A stretch of 64,000 nt of DNA from an uncultured Actinomycetota bacterium (GCA_963778505.1 CAVZUH010000002.1:472674-536673); one strand, 5' to 3'. Shown: positions 1-13,231, numbered from the stretch's first letter. Numbers and translations: made by a program. The notes: generated by a model not told the origin, from the letters alone.

Positions 1-1147
1 GGGAGGCTTCGACCGGTGGATCTGCCTCAGATTCGAGCGGTCTGGGGTCAGGCTCGTCACGTCGCGGTTGGGGGGACGCGACGGGCGCCTCCTCCGGGTT
101 CGCCTCCTCCGGGTTCGCCTCCTCCTTGCTCCCTTCATCAGGGCCTTCAGTGCTCGCCAACTCACGGAGCGTTCCATCCTCGTCAGCTGTCGCCACCTCG
201 TCGACCCGGGTCATCTCGGCGATCGGCATCTCGTCGAACAACGGCATCGGTGCGTCTGGCGGTGGCCGAAGCGCGACCTCGCGCGCGAGCTGGCGATACG
301 CCTCCGCGCCCTTGGACTTCGGGTCGTAGACGGTGATCGGCTGTCCGAAGCCGGGGGCCTCGGAGAGCCGAACCGTTCGCGGGATGATGACCCCGTAGAC
401 GAGGTCGCCGAAGTACCGCTGCACCTCATGGACGACCTGCTCGGAGAGCTTCGTACGGGGGTCGAACATCGTCATGACGATGCCCGAGAGTCTGAGGCCG
501 GAGTTGATGTTCTGCTGGACCAACGAGACGTTTCGGAGAAGCTGCCCCAGCCCTTCGAGGGCGTAGTACTCGCACTGGATCGGGACGATGAGCTCCTCCG
601 CCGCGGTGAGCGCGTTGATGGTCAGGAGACCGAGCGAGGGAGGGCAGTCGAGCAGGATGAAGTCATACACCCCCTCCAGGACGGGCTCGATCGCCTTCTT
701 CAGACGGGACTCGCGGGAGAACTGAGAAACCAGTTCGATCTCGGCTCCGGCCAGGTCGATCGTCGCGGGAACCGCGTGGAGACGGTCCACGGGCGTGTGC
801 ACGATGGCGCGTTCGATGTGCGCTTCTGAGACGACAACGTCATACACCGTGACCTCTCGTGCGTCGTGCCGGATGCCCATCCCGGTCGAGGCGTTGCCCT
901 GGGGATCGAGGTCGGCCACCAGCACCCGGTAGCCGATGTCTGCGAGCGCAGCGCCGAGACTGACGGCCGTCGTGCTCTTGCCCACGCCGCCCTTCTGGTT
1001 CGCGATCGCGATGACCCGAGCCCTACCGGGGGTCTCGGGAACGACGGGTCGCTTCTTCTTCGAGGCCGCTTTGGGCTTGGGCGGGGCGGAGTCATCGGTC
1101 GTGGCCGGCGCCACGGGATGAGTCGTGCTGGCGGAGACCTTGCTCAC
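1..1147 (-). CDS. parA: ParA/Soj chromosome-partitioning ATPase. The reading frame stays open past the ATPase domain all the way to the window edge, with no stop.
   Basis: Manual minus-strand translation from a GTG at 1145-1147 gives MSKVSASTT...RVIAIANQKGGVGKTTTAVSLGAALA (deviant Walker A), then ...LDCPPSLGLLTINAL...PRTVRLSEAPGFGQPITVYDP. After about residue 290 an acidic/Pro-rich tail runs to coordinate 1 without a stop. It lies directly downstream of rsmG, as in other actinobacterial oriC regions. Confidence 0.85.
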   Translation of the reverse strand, partial: MSKVSASTTHPVAPATTDDSAPPKPKAASKKKRPVVPETPGRARVIAIANQKGGVGKSTTAVSLGAALADIGYRVLVADLDPQGNASTGMGIRHDAREVTVYDVVVSEAHIERAIVHTPVDRLHAVPATIDLAGAEIELVSQFSRESRLKKAIEPVLEGVYDFILLDCPPSLGLLTINALTAAEELIVPIQCEYYALEGLGQLLRNVSLVQQNINSGLRLSGIVMTMFDPRTKLSEQVVHEVQRYFGDLVYGVIIPRTVRLSEAPGFGQPITVYDPKSKGAEAYRQLAREVALRPPPDAPMPLFDEMPIAEMTRVDEVATADEDGTLRELASTEGPDEGSKEEANPEEANPEEAPVASPQPRRDEPDPRPLESEADPPVEAS

Positions 1148-1180
1148 TGTCGGGTCATGATAACGATGGGTCCGCCGCTT

Positions 1181-1744
1181 TCAAGAGTCGGTTCTCCGAC
1201 GGCTCGCGACTCGGGCGTCAGGAGGCGTGTCGTCGCTCTCGAACGTCCTGCCTGCCCAATAGATGAGGTCTCCTCCCGGAACCAGCAGATCCCGGGCGAC
1301 GATCCAGCTTCTCGCGCAGCGTCTCCGAATCCCCTCGCGAGACACACATCGAAGCCCGAGGCGAGCTCCTCCGCCGGCTCGGGGAACACCCGCACGTTCG
1401 GGCAACCGGAGCGTCTCGACGGCCAGCTCGAGGAAGGCGGCTCTGGCTTGCCGGGGCTCGGCCAGCGTGACTTCCAGGTCGGGCCGCGCCACGGCGATCG
1501 GGAGACCAGGGAGCCCGGCGCCGGATCCGAGGTCGACGATCCGTTCGGCCCCCGCCGAGAGATGGGCGATGGCCCGGAGGCTGTCCAGGATGTGGCGGGT
1601 CCGGAGGTGACCGGCATCGGAAGCGGCGACCATGCCCCGTGGAACCGCCTGAACGACGAGCAGCTCCTCATAGCGGCCCAGGCTCTCGACCTGAGCAGGG
1701 GAAAGCTCGACCGAGGTCCAACCCTCATGTTTCACGTGAAACAC
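1181..1744 (-). CDS. rsmG: 16S rRNA (guanine527-N7)-methyltransferase RsmG (GidB)
   Basis: A 187-aa ORF containing the SAM motif VDLGSGAGLPGLPIA, found between jag and parA. Confidence 0.88.
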   Translation of the reverse strand: MFHVKHEGWTSVELSPAQVESLGRYEELLVVQAVPRGMVAASDAGHLRTRHILDSLRAIAHLSAGAERIVDLGSGAGLPGLPIAVARPDLEVTLAEPRQARAAFLELAVETLRLPERAGVPRAGGGARLGLRCVSREGIRRRCARSWIVARDLLVPGGDLIYWAGRTFESDDTPPDARVASRRRTDS

Positions 1745-2311
1745 GGTCCTTCCGGAGATCCGCCGTGCCCGGGCCGCCTAGAGTGACGCGAACGACCACG
1801 AACCTATCGGGATCGACGCCTTCGGAGACACTCTCCAAGCCCTCGAATTCGGCAACGACGTCGTGGACCAGCTTGCGCTCGTAGGCGTTCATCGGGTCGA
1901 GCTGCTCCTCCGCGCCCGGTCCTTTGGACCCGCTCAGCGACCTCCCGGGCCTGCTCGACCAGCCGGTCCTCCTGGCGCTTCCGATAGTCACCGACGTCCA
2001 CCAGCACCCGGATCCGGTCGTCCAGCCGGCGCCCGACCGCGGTGCGGGCGAGCTCCTGGATGGCATCCAAGCGTCTGCCCGTGGCGACCGATCAGCAGGG
2101 CCATGTCGTCCTCGGGCCCGTCGACGATGTCGACGTAGACATGTCCCCGACGGGTCGTCGGCTCCGCGATGGCATCGATCCCCATGCGCTCGAGGAGCTC
2201 CTCGACGAAGTCCGCGATCGCGTCCGCCTGCTCCTCGAGGTCGGCCCCGTTCAAGTCCGCAGACCCACCTTCCCTTTGTCGGCGCTCAGATCCTTCTGGC
2301 TCTCGATCCAT
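1725..2311 (-). CDS. jag: Jag/KhpB R3H-domain RNA-binding protein, split over three frames by two frameshifts
   Basis: N-terminal and KH-like segments (ALLIGRHGQTL / DAIQELARTAVGRRL) and an R3H segment (NAYERKLVHDVVAEFEGLESVSEG..DRFVVV) lie in three overlapping minus-strand ORFs (1988..2311, 1804..2070, 1725..2066). Confidence 0.8.
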
Positions 2312-2314
2312 CGT

Positions 2315-3423
2315 CTACCTCCCGGGCCGCTTCGGGCGGTTGGGCCCCGACCCCTTCGGTCGTCCCGACCCCCCGCCCTTCGTGCTTCTTCCCAGAGTCC
2401 CTCCCTGTTCCCGGTGAGCGTGGAGGGGGCTTGCGCAGGGGCTCGGGTTCGCCCTGGCGGCGTTTCCGCTCTTCTCGGCTCGCTCCATCAGCTGGCCCAT
2501 GAAGCCGCGCCTCGGCTTCTCGGGACTGGCAGTGCGGCCTTCGCCTTCGCTTGCGTGAGGCGACGGTCCATCGCCTGCCGGCCCGATGTGTCCGAGTCGG
2601 AGCATCACGGCCTGCTGGCCGATCTGGAAGAGGTTGGACACGGTCCAGTAGAGGACCAGGCCCGCTGGGAATGCGAAGCCGAAGATCCCGAACATGATCG
2701 GCATGACCTTGGTGATGATCTGAGTCTGCGGGTTCTGGGCGGAGGTGGGCGTCGCCTTCTGCGTCTGGCGACTCGAGTAGAAGGTCGGTTCCGATCATGA
2801 GCGCCAGCAGCGCGTAGTACGGGATGCGGTCGGGGATCGGAGTCTCCGCAGTCGAGCGTGCTCGCCCGTCGGCTTCCGTTCTCGTGTTGAGCACCGGGAC
2901 CGTCTTGCCCGCCTGCTGACGGCGAGCACTGGAGGTTCATGGGAGGAAGTGCATCCCTGGCTGGTTGTGCTGCGTGACGTCGATGAAGAGCTGCGAGTCC
3001 TCGGGAAGGTGGTTGTCCTTGTACTCGACCACCCCTGGGGTGATCCGGGTCCGGGTCGGGCTAGGGGACCGGAGCTCGGATCACTGAGTACATCGCGATC
3101 AGGATCGGGAACTGCAGGAGGAGGGGAAGGCAGCCGCCGAGCGGGTTGACGCCGTACTCCTGGTAGAGCTTCATCGTCTGCTCTTGGACCTTCTGCTTGT
3201 TGCCCTTGTACTTCTTCTGGATCTCCTTGATCTTCGGCTGCAAGGCCTGCATCGCTTGCATCGACTTGATCTGCTTGATGCCCAGGGGGAGCAGGACCAC
3301 TCGGAAGACGATCGTCAGGATGATGATCGCGAAGCCGAAGTTGCCCGTTAGGTCGTAGAGCCACGCCAGCAGCCACCCGATCGCGTCGAGGAGAGCCTGG
3401 AAGGGACCGATCTCAGCCAGCAT
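2315..3423 (-). CDS. yidC: Membrane protein insertase YidC, frameshifted in its central part
   Basis: N-terminal ORF 3061..3423 ([12 protein letters not shown]...[21 protein letters not shown]...[20 protein letters not shown]) and C-terminal ORF 2315..2704 ([31 protein letters not shown]). The 2704-3061 segment reads in another frame ([13 protein letters not shown]). Confidence 0.88.
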
Positions 3424-3716
3424 GGGCGGCCGATCCAGGCGGCCGCATGGGGGTCGCGTATGGCGACATCATACGACACGTCGTGGCTCGGTACCGGGTC
3501 GATGCCACCTCGCCCGAACGGGTTGCAGCGCAACACACGTCGGAGCGCCAAGAGAGAACCCCTCATGGCTCCGAGGGTCCGGATCGCCTCCTCAGCGTAG
3601 CGGGAGCAGGTGGGGGAGAAACGGCACTGACCGCCGAGCCACCCGGACGAGCGTGAGGCGGTACGACGCGGATCACGCCGAGCGAGGACAGCCGCGCGGG
3701 GGCGCCGGCGCGCCAC
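3418..3716 (-). CDS. yidD: Membrane protein insertion efficiency factor YidD
   Basis: [46 protein letters not shown] motif. The annotated ORF reads into yidC, but a third-frame TGA overlapping the yidC ATG marks the likely true end. Confidence 0.75.
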
Positions 3717-3738
3717 AGGAAGCGTCGCCGCAAGGACG

Positions 3739-4014
3739 TCATCGGCGCTTCTCTCCGCGCCCGAGCAGTTCGGTCATCTCGGTGATCAGATCCTGGGTTC
3801 GGGCGTCCCGGATGGCCTCGCGAGCCACCAAGACGATGTCGTGTCCTTCCATCCCACGCGGCGCGACCTCGCGGATCGCCGCCCGAAGGACCCGCCGGGC
3901 TCGGTTCCGCTGCACCGCGCCGCCGATCTTCTTGCCGGCGACCAGCGCGAACTCCCCTGAGCCGGGAGCGACAAACAGTACCACCCGCTTGCCGTGCACC
4001 GGCTCTGCCGTCAC
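3739..4014 (-). CDS. rnpA: RNase P protein component. The N-terminus may be longer or frameshifted.
   Basis: GTG start; [11 protein letters not shown]...[14 protein letters not shown]...[13 protein letters not shown]. Typical position between rpmH and yidD. Confidence 0.85.
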   Translation of the reverse strand: MTAEPVHGKRVVLFVAPGSGEFALVAGKKIGGAVQRNRARRVLRAAIREVAPRGMEGHDIVLVAREAIRDARTQDLITEMTELLGRGEKRR

Positions 4015-4053
4015 GGAAGACGCGCTGGATCCCCGCGGTGCGCACCGTCTCGG

Positions 4054-4203
4054 TCAGCCGGAGACGCTGAGGCGGCTGCGGCCCTTGCGTCGTCTCGCGG
4101 CGAGGATCGACCGGCCGGCACGCGTCCGCATCCGCAGACGGAAGCCGTGCGTCTTCGCCCGGCGGCGCGTGTTCGGCTGGTACGTGCGCTTTCCCTTGGC
4201 CAT
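4054..4203 (-). CDS. rpmH: 50S ribosomal protein L34
   Basis: [48 protein letters not shown], within ORF 4054..4308. Confidence 0.97.
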   Translation of the reverse strand: MAKGKRTYQPNTRRRAKTHGFRLRMRTRAGRSILAARRRKGRSRLSVSG

Positions 4204-4462
4204 CCTCGGATCCCTTCGCGAAAGGAAGGCCGGCAACGCGCCGACCGAAGAGCGGAAGTATACGGAAACATCCCAGGATGGAGGGGTTGACAACAGAAAG
4301 TGCGTCAAGACGCGCCGGTCGCTCGCGTTGGGGAAAAACCCCGGTGCTATAGTCCGCCCCGCACTTCCCCGGGGTGATGGGGCCCCCGGCGATCCTCCGA
4401 CCCCGACGACCTCCCCGGATGTGGGTTATCCACCGGTGTGGAAAGGTTCTGTGGAATCTCAG
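4204..4462. promoter_or_regulatory. rpmH-dnaA divergent intergenic region: candidate dnaA promoter and DnaA boxes
   Basis: A TATAGT at 4348-4353 preceded by TTGGGG-like and TTGACA (about 4286) elements. DnaA-box-like GTTATCCACC at 4425-4434 and inverted TGTGGAAAG at 4437-4445, just upstream of the dnaA start. Confidence 0.55.
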
Positions 4463-5888
4463 ATGGCAGTCGCATTGCCTGATCAGGAAGCGAGACGGAC
4501 CTGGTCGGCCGTGCTCGATCGCGCTCGGACCGAGCTCCCGGAGACCACGTTCCTGATGTGGTTCACCGACGTCCGCCCGATCGCACTCCGCGATCAGGTG
4601 CTCTCCCTCGCCGTCCCGAGTCAGTTCGTCCGAGAACGCCTGCAGCACAACCATCTTGGGCTCATCGAAGAGGCCGCCGAGGAGACGCTTCGGCCACCCG
4701 GTCAAGATCGAGATGGACGTGGACGAAGGCGATCCGCCACGAGGAGGGTCCGCTGGTCGACTGACCACCGCGCCTCCGGCCGCGTACGCGGCGATCGGCG
4801 CGCCGGCGACCGCCGCGCCGGTGCGGGCAAGGCCGCTCGGCGCACCCGGCCTCCCGTTCCCCAACTACACGTTCGACGCGTTCGTCCCCGGCCCGTCGAG
4901 CCGGTTCGCGCACGCCGCCGCGATGGCGGTGGCCGAGGCGCCGCTGTCGACCGCGTACAACCCGCTGTTCATCTACGGTGGCACGGGACTCGGCAAGACG
5001 CACCTTCTGCTCGCGATCGGGCATCACATCTGGCGATTGATGCCCGACACGCGGATCAAGTACGTGACCTCCGAGCAGTTCGTCACGGAGTTCATCAAGG
5101 CCGTCCGCGAACGACAGGGTGACGCCTTCCGCCACAAGTACCGCGAGGTCGACATCCTGCTCGTCGACGACATCCAGTTCCTCGCCAAGCGCGAAGAGAC
5201 GCAGACCGAGTTCTTCCACACGTTCAACCATCTCCACGGCGCCGGCCGCCAGATCGTGATCGCGTCGGACCGGCCGCCGCACGAGCTCTCGGGGCTCGAG
5301 GAACGACTGGTGAGTCGGTTCCGGTGGGGGCTCTGCGTGGACGTGCAGCCGCCGGACCTCGAGACGCGCATCGCGATCCTGCAGTTGAAGGCCGAGCGCG
5401 AGAACATCCCCGCGGTCGTGCCCGAGGTGATCGAGTTCGTCGCGTCCAAGTTCGACCAGTCGGTCCGCGAGCTCGAGGGCGCCCTGGTGCGCGTGGTCGC
5501 CTGGTCGGAGCTCACGCGCCAGCCGATCGACATCGAGCTCGCGGAGCGAGCCTTGCAGGACCTGATCCCGCAGACGGAGCACGAGATCCCGCCGCCGCTG
5601 ATCCTCGAGGAGACGGCGACGTACTTCCAGCTCTCGACCGGGGACCTGGTCTCGAAGTCGCGCTCGCGACCGCTCACGCAGGCGAGGCACATCGCGATGT
5701 ACCTGATGCGCGAGTGCACCGGCCTGTCCCTGGTCAAGATCGGCGAGATCTTCGGCGGTCGCGACCACACCACGGCCCTCCACGGCATCAAGAAGGTCGA
5801 GGACGAGATGCGCTCTCGCGACGACACGTTCCGTCAGGTCCAGGACCTCACGCGGATCATCCGCAGCCGTGTCCGAGGATTGGTGTGA
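4463..5888 (+). CDS. dnaA: Chromosomal replication initiator DnaA, with one frameshift (extra C near 4688)
   Basis: N-terminus MAVALPDQEARRTWSAVLDRARTELPETTFLMWFTDVRPIALRDQVLSLAVPSQFVRERL in the 3422.. frame. AAA+ and domain IV (GGTGLGKTHLL, LLVDDIQFL, ...HTTALHGIKKVE) in frame 4656..5888. Confidence 0.95.
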
Positions 5889-6112
5889 TGTCGGTGGACA
5901 ACTTCGCGGAGATGGCCGTTCTCGACCGACGCAGTGACCGGGCCCGGAAGAGCGCCAAGGACGTCCTCCACCGGTCCGTCCCACATGTCGGACATGCCCG
6001 CTACGCTGCGCGAACACCCCACTTCTCCACATTCTCCACCGCCCCTACTACTGCTCTCCACTCGAAAAGAACCTAAGAAGCAACAGCCTGGGAACAGGCC
6101 ACGACCGGGAGG
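5889..6112. other. Putative oriC core: a DnaA-box cluster in the dnaA-dnaN intergenic region
   Basis: Five or more boxes of the form T(T/C)NTCCAC(A/C/T): GTTGTCCACC (5889-5902, minus), CCTCCACC (5966), TTCTCCACA (6022), TTCTCCACC (6031), CTCTCCACT (6053). Only 224 bp long. Confidence 0.6.
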
Positions 6113-7225
6113 TTGAGGATGAAGTTCCGATGCGACCGCGACGACCTGTCCGAGGCGCTGCAGACCGTGCAGCGCGGCGTGTCCTCGCGCCCGGGGATCC
6201 CCGCGCTCACCGGCGTGCTGCTGGAGGCGGCGGACGACGGCACCCTGACGCTCACGACGACGGACCTCGAGGTCTCGGCACGGCTCTCGATCGCGCGTCC
6301 AGGTCCAGGAGGCCGGCACGGCACTGGTACCGGCGCGGCTGCTCGCCGACACCGTGAAGTCGCTGTCCGAGGCCCCCGTCGATTTCGAGACGGACCAGTC
6401 CCAGGCGCATATCCGCTGCGCTGCGTATGAGGGCGCGCTCCGGCTGCTGCCCGCCGACGACTTCCCGGGGCTGCAGGAGCCGTCGGGGACCGCGATCTCG
6501 GTCGAGCCCGCGCGCGTTCGCCGAGGCCGTCGGCGCAGGTCGTCCCGGGCGGCCTCGAAGGATGAGGCCAGGCCGGTCCTCACCGGTGTGTTGCTCGAGA
6601 TCAGCCGGGAAGGCGTGGTCCTGGTCGCCACGGACTCGTACCGCCTCGCCGTCCGCGACCTCGTCGCGACGGCGGACGGCGAGGCGAAGGCGATCGTCCC
6701 GGAGCGCGCGTTGACCGAGGCCGGCCGCGCGGCGGTCGACCAGAAGGCCGGGGTGGAGGCGTTCGGTCAACGCGTCGCAGATCGCGTTCCGGGTCGGCTC
6801 GCTGACCCTGACGTCTCGCCTGATCGAAGGCGAGTTCCCCAACTACCGGCAGCTCCTGCCGGAGACCTGTCGAGAGCCGGCTCACGATCTCGCGCCAGCA
6901 GCTCCTCGAGGCCGTCCGCCGGGTGGGGCTGCTCGCGCGCGACACGACGCCCGTGCGGTTGGAGTTCAACGCGCTCGGCGTGAAGCTGTCGTCGTCCAGC
7001 CCGGATCTCGGGCAAGCCGTCGAGACGGTCGAGGCCCGGTACGAGGGCGAGGACCTCGTCGCGGCGTTCAACCCGCAGTACCTCGTCGACGGGCTGACCG
7101 CGGCCACCGGCGAGAGCGTGCGGATCGACGTCCGCGACGGGCTCAAGCCCGGCGTGATCCGCGGCGAGGGTGACGAGCTCACCTACCTGGTGATGCCGGT
7201 CCGGCTCCCCGCCGCGGTCGGCTGA
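6113..7225 (+). CDS. dnaN: DNA polymerase III beta sliding clamp, with four or more frameshifts
   Basis: MKFRCDRDDLSEALQTVQRGVSSRPGIPALTGVLLEA.., ...RPVLTGVLLEISREGVVLVATDSYRLAV.., ..LTSRLIEGEFPNYRQLLP.., ..PVRLEFNALGVKLSSSSPDLGQAVETVEARYEGEDL...YLVMPVRL, spread over ORFs 6113, 6354, 6427 and 6923. Confidence 0.92.
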
Positions 7226-7249
7226 CGCGCCGGCGAGTCGCGGACACGG

Positions 7250-8349
7250 ATGCACCTGGAGTGGCTCGAGCTCCGGGATTTCCGGAACCACCGGCGCACG
7301 GCCGTGGATCGCATCCCGGACGGGCTGACGGTGGTCGTGGGACCGAACGGCGAGGGCAAGACCAACCTGCTGGAGGGCATGTTCTTCCTGTACGCGCTCC
7401 GCTCGCCCGAGCACCTCGACGAACGCGCCGCTCGTCCGCGAGGGTGCCGATGTGGCGTACGCGCGGGGGGAGTTCGAGGGGCATCGAAGGGCAAGCCCTC
7501 GTCGAGGTGGAGATCCCGCGCAAGGGCGCGAGCCGCGTGAAGCTGAACAAGAGCCCGCTCCGGCGCAAGCGCGAGCTCCGCCGGCAGGTGCGGTCGGTGC
7601 TCTTCGGTCCCTTCGATCTGCCGGTGGTGATCGGTGATCCCTCGAAGCGCCGCGACCTCATGGATGAGGCCGTCGTCGCGCTCTGGCCGCTGAAGGACGG
7701 GCGTCTCATCCGCGTACGACCGAGCGCTGCGGCAGCGGAATCGTCTCCTCAAGGAATGGGAGGGCGGTCGCGGGGCGCCGGCCGGGATGGATGCCTGGGA
7801 CGAAGAGCTCGATCCGCACCGGGGTGCCGGTGATCGAGGCACGCGGTGAAGCCGTCGCGCGCCTCGCCACCGGCGCGTCCGTCGAGTTCGAGGCGCTTGC
7901 CGGCTACGAGCTCCTGGTGACGTATGCGCCCAACGTTGACGGTCCCGGCGCCGTCGAGGAGGCCTTCCGCGAGCAGCTGGCGGCGCGGCGGGCCGACGAG
8001 CTCGTCCGCAGGACGTCGCTCGTCGGCCCACATCGCGACGACCTCACCCTGGCGGTCCGTGATCTCGGCGCACGAGCGTTCGGTTCGCACGGTGAGACGT
8101 GGGCGCGCCGCGCTCTGCCTGCGTCTCGGTCTCGCCGCGGCGATCGCGGCCGAGATCGGGGAGCCGCCGCTCTTGCTGGTCGACGATCCCTTCAGCGCTC
8201 TCGACCCCAGTCGCCGCGACCGCATCGCGCAACGGCTCGCGGACCGAGGCGGCCAGGTCGTGATCAGCGTTGCGGACGAGGCCGACGTGCCGTCGGCTTC
8301 GTCCGCGGTCTGGCAGGTCGAAGCCGGCGCCGTGACGGTGAGGGCCTGA
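7250..8349 (+). CDS. recF: DNA replication/repair protein RecF, with three or more frameshifts
   Basis: MHLEWLELRDFRNHRRTAV..GLTVVVGPNGEGKTNLLEGMFFL (Walker A), later ..VRRTSLVGPHRDDLTL.. and ..LLLVDDPFSALDPSRRD... across ORFs 7250, 7261, 7791 and 7924. Confidence 0.9.
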
Positions 8350-8372
8350 CGTGCCTGCTTCGAAAGGGTTCC

Positions 8373-8695
8373 GTGGGCGGAACGGCGATCCCGAGCCGGG
8401 AACCGCGTCGAGCTCGGCGAGGTGATCGACAATCTGATGGCCGAACAGGTCTTCGCGCGAGGGCATGCCGGTCGCGCGGCTCGCCGCCGCGTGGTCCTCG
8501 GTGGTGGGGGAGCGGCTGGCATCGGAGACCGCCCCGGCGACCCTCGAAGCGGGCGTCCTGACCGTCACGGCGACCTCCGGCCCGTGGGGGGTGCAGGCCC
8601 GATTCCTGCACGAGGAGATCCGGCGCCGGGCGGATGAAGCACTGGGCGGCGGCCAGATCACCTCCGTCCGGATCGTCGTGCGAAACCGCAGGTAG
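8373..8695 (+). CDS. DUF721 / DciA-like protein, with one frameshift; the start is uncertain
   Basis: ..ELGEVIDNLMAEQ.. then LAAAWSSVVGERLASETAPATLEAGVLTVTATSGPWGVQARFLHEEIRRRADEALGGGQITSVRIVV. This is the conserved position between recF and gyrB, equivalent to Mtb Rv0004. Confidence 0.7.
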
Positions 8696-8834
8696 AAGGG
8701 CGATTTCCGCGACTCGAAATGCCGTTCGAGTCACCTCCGATTGGTAGAATGTAGGGGTTCGTGCGACGGCCCCGCGCACGCCCCCGAGCTGCGATGCGTG
8801 GGGCGGCCTGCGCGGGGCACTGACGGGAGGACGA

Positions 8835-10767
<1,933 letters not shown>

Positions 10768-10774
10768 GAGGGGT

Positions 10775-13231
10775 ATGGCACAGGAGGGATTGTTCGCGGG
10801 CCGTGTCGAGCCCGTCCAGCTCGAGGAAGAGATCCAGCGGTCCTACCTCGACTACGCGATGTCCGTCATCGTCGGGCGAGCGCTGCCGGAGGTACGTGAC
10901 GGGCTGAAGCCGGTCCACCGCACGGATCCTCTGGTCGATGCTCGAGCAGGGCTTGCGCCCCGACCGACCCCACCGGAAGTCGGCCAACGTCGTGCGGCGG
11001 CGTGATGGCGAAGTACCACCCGCACGGCGACGCCCCGATCTACGACGCCCTCGTCCGGATGGCACAGGAGTTCTCCCTCCGGCATCCCTTGATCGACCCC
11101 CACGGGAACTTCGGATCCGTCGACGGCGACCCACCTGCTGCGTCGCGTTACACGGAGGCCCGCCTCGCGCCGATCGCGATGGAGCTGCTTCGCGACATCG
11201 ATGCCGAGACCGTCGACTTCGTGCCCAACTACGACGGGTACGAGCAGCAGCCGGTGGTCTTGCCGTCGCGCTTCCCCAACCTGCTGGTGAACGGCTCGGG
11301 CGGGATCGCCGTCGGGATGGCGACGAACATCCCTCCGCACAACCTCGGCGAGGTGATCGACGCGGTCGTCCACTACCTCGAGCATCCCGAGGCCGACGCC
11401 GAAGGACCTCATGAAGTTCGTCAAGGGACCTGACTTCCCGACGGGCGCGGTCATCATGGGACGCGACGGCATCCGCGACGCGTACGAGACGGGACGCGGT
11501 TCCATCAAGATCCGCGCGGTGAGCACCGTCGAGGAAGGATCGGCGGGCCGATGCACGCATCGTCGTGACGCGAGCTGCCGTACCAGGTGAACAAGGCGCG
11601 ACTGGCGGAGAAGATCGCCGATCTCGTCAAGTCCGGCAAGGTCAAGGACATCGCCGACCTGAAGGATCACTCGTCGGGCCGGGCTGGGATGCGACTCGTG
11701 ATCGACCTGAAGCGCGGCGCCAACCCCCAGGTCGTCCTGAACCAGCTCCACAAGCACACGCAGCTCCAGGAGTCCTTCGGCGTGATCATGCTGGCGCTCG
11801 TCGACGGCGTCCCTCGCACGCTGAATCTCGCCGAGATGATCGGCTACTACGTCGACCACCAGATCGACGTCGTCACCCGGCGGACCCGGTACGACCTGCG
11901 CAAGGCCGAGGAGCGCGACCACATCGTCCAGGGCCTCCTGATCGCGCTCGATCACCTGGACGAGGTCATCAAGGTCATCCGGGGCTCGCAGGACGCGGAG
12001 CAGGCGCGCACCAAGCTGATGTCGACGTTCAAGCTCTCGGAGATCCAGGCGAACCACATCTTGGACATGCCGCTCCGCCGGCTCACCAAGCTCGCACGCA
12101 CGGAGCTCGAGCAGGAGCACAAGGAGCTGCTCGCGAAGATCAAGTACCTGAAGGCCCTCCTGAAGGACCCGAAGAAGATCCGCGGCGTGATCAAGGACGA
12201 GATCCTGCGGATCAAGGAGAAGCACGGGAATCCCAGACGGACGCAGATCAAGGCGGATGAGGGCTCGTTCGACATCGAGGACCTGATCGCCGAGGAGGAC
12301 GTGGTCATCACCGTCAGCCGGGCCGGGCTACGTGAAGCGCGTGCCCGATCGACACGTTCCGACGGCAGGGCCAGAGGCGGCAAGGGAGTCCGCGGTGCGA
12401 CGTTGAAGGAAGAGGACGTGGTCGCCGACGTCTTCACGACGACGACGCACAACTGGCTCTTGTTCTTCAGCACCAAGGGGAAGGTGTACCGGGTGAAGGT
12501 GCACGAGGTGCCCGACTCGTCGCGGACGGCTCGCGGCCTCTACGCCGCCAATCTCCCAGGCGTCGCGATCGCGGGAGACGAGCGCGTCTCGGCGGTCCTT
12601 CACCTCAAGGAGTACGATCCGAAGCGCTTCCTGCTCTTCGCCACGAAGAAGGGCATGGTGAAGAAGACCCCGCTTTCCGAGTACGAGTCCGCCCGCACCG
12701 GCCTCGCGGCGATCAACCTGAAGCCCGGAGACGAGCTGATCGACGTGAAGCTCACCGACGGCAAGGACGAGGTCTTCCTCGTCTCGCGCAAGGGGCAGGC
12801 GATCCGGTTCAAGGAGCAGCTCGTGCGACCCGATGGGCCGTTCCACCGCGGGTGTGATCGGGATGCGGCTGGCCGAGGACGACGAGGTGATCTCCCTCAG
12901 CCTGGCCTCGGACGGTGAGGAGATGATCAGCGTCTCGCAGCAGGGCTACGGCAAGCGGTCGCCGCTCAAGGACTATCCCGTGAAGGGCCGCGGCGGGAAG
13001 GGAGTGATCGGCCACCAGATCACGAAGAAGACGGGGCTGCTCGCCGGTGCGTTCGTCGGGTCGAAGGAACAGGATCTGTTCGCGATCTCCTCCAGCGGGA
13101 TCGTGATCCGCGTGCCGGCCGGGGAGATCCGACGGGTCGGCCGATCCAGCCAGGGCGTCCGCACGATGCGCGTCGGGGAAGGCGCCCACGTCGTCGCGCT
13201 CGCGCCGGTGATCATGCAGATGGAGGAGTAG
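10775..13231 (+). CDS. gyrA: DNA gyrase subunit A, with about six frameshifts
   Basis: ..[33 protein letters not shown].., ..[20 protein letters not shown].., GyrA box region and C-terminal beta-pinwheel repeats (..[15 protein letters not shown].., ..GRGGKGVIG..). Confidence 0.95.

Noticed and set aside
68-829. 253-aa plus-strand ORF at the window start (and 126..329, 16..336)
   Set aside because: It is antisense to the clearly identifiable parA (Walker A KGGVGKTTT on the minus strand). It is Arg/Leu-rich, as expected for a spurious reverse frame in 70% GC DNA.
3422-5122. 566-aa plus-strand ORF spanning yidD/rnpA/rpmH antisense and the dnaA N-terminus
   Set aside because: Only the last about 65 codons (from MAVALPDQ at 4463) correspond to DnaA. 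The upstream part is antisense to rpmH/rnpA/yidD and is not a real extension.
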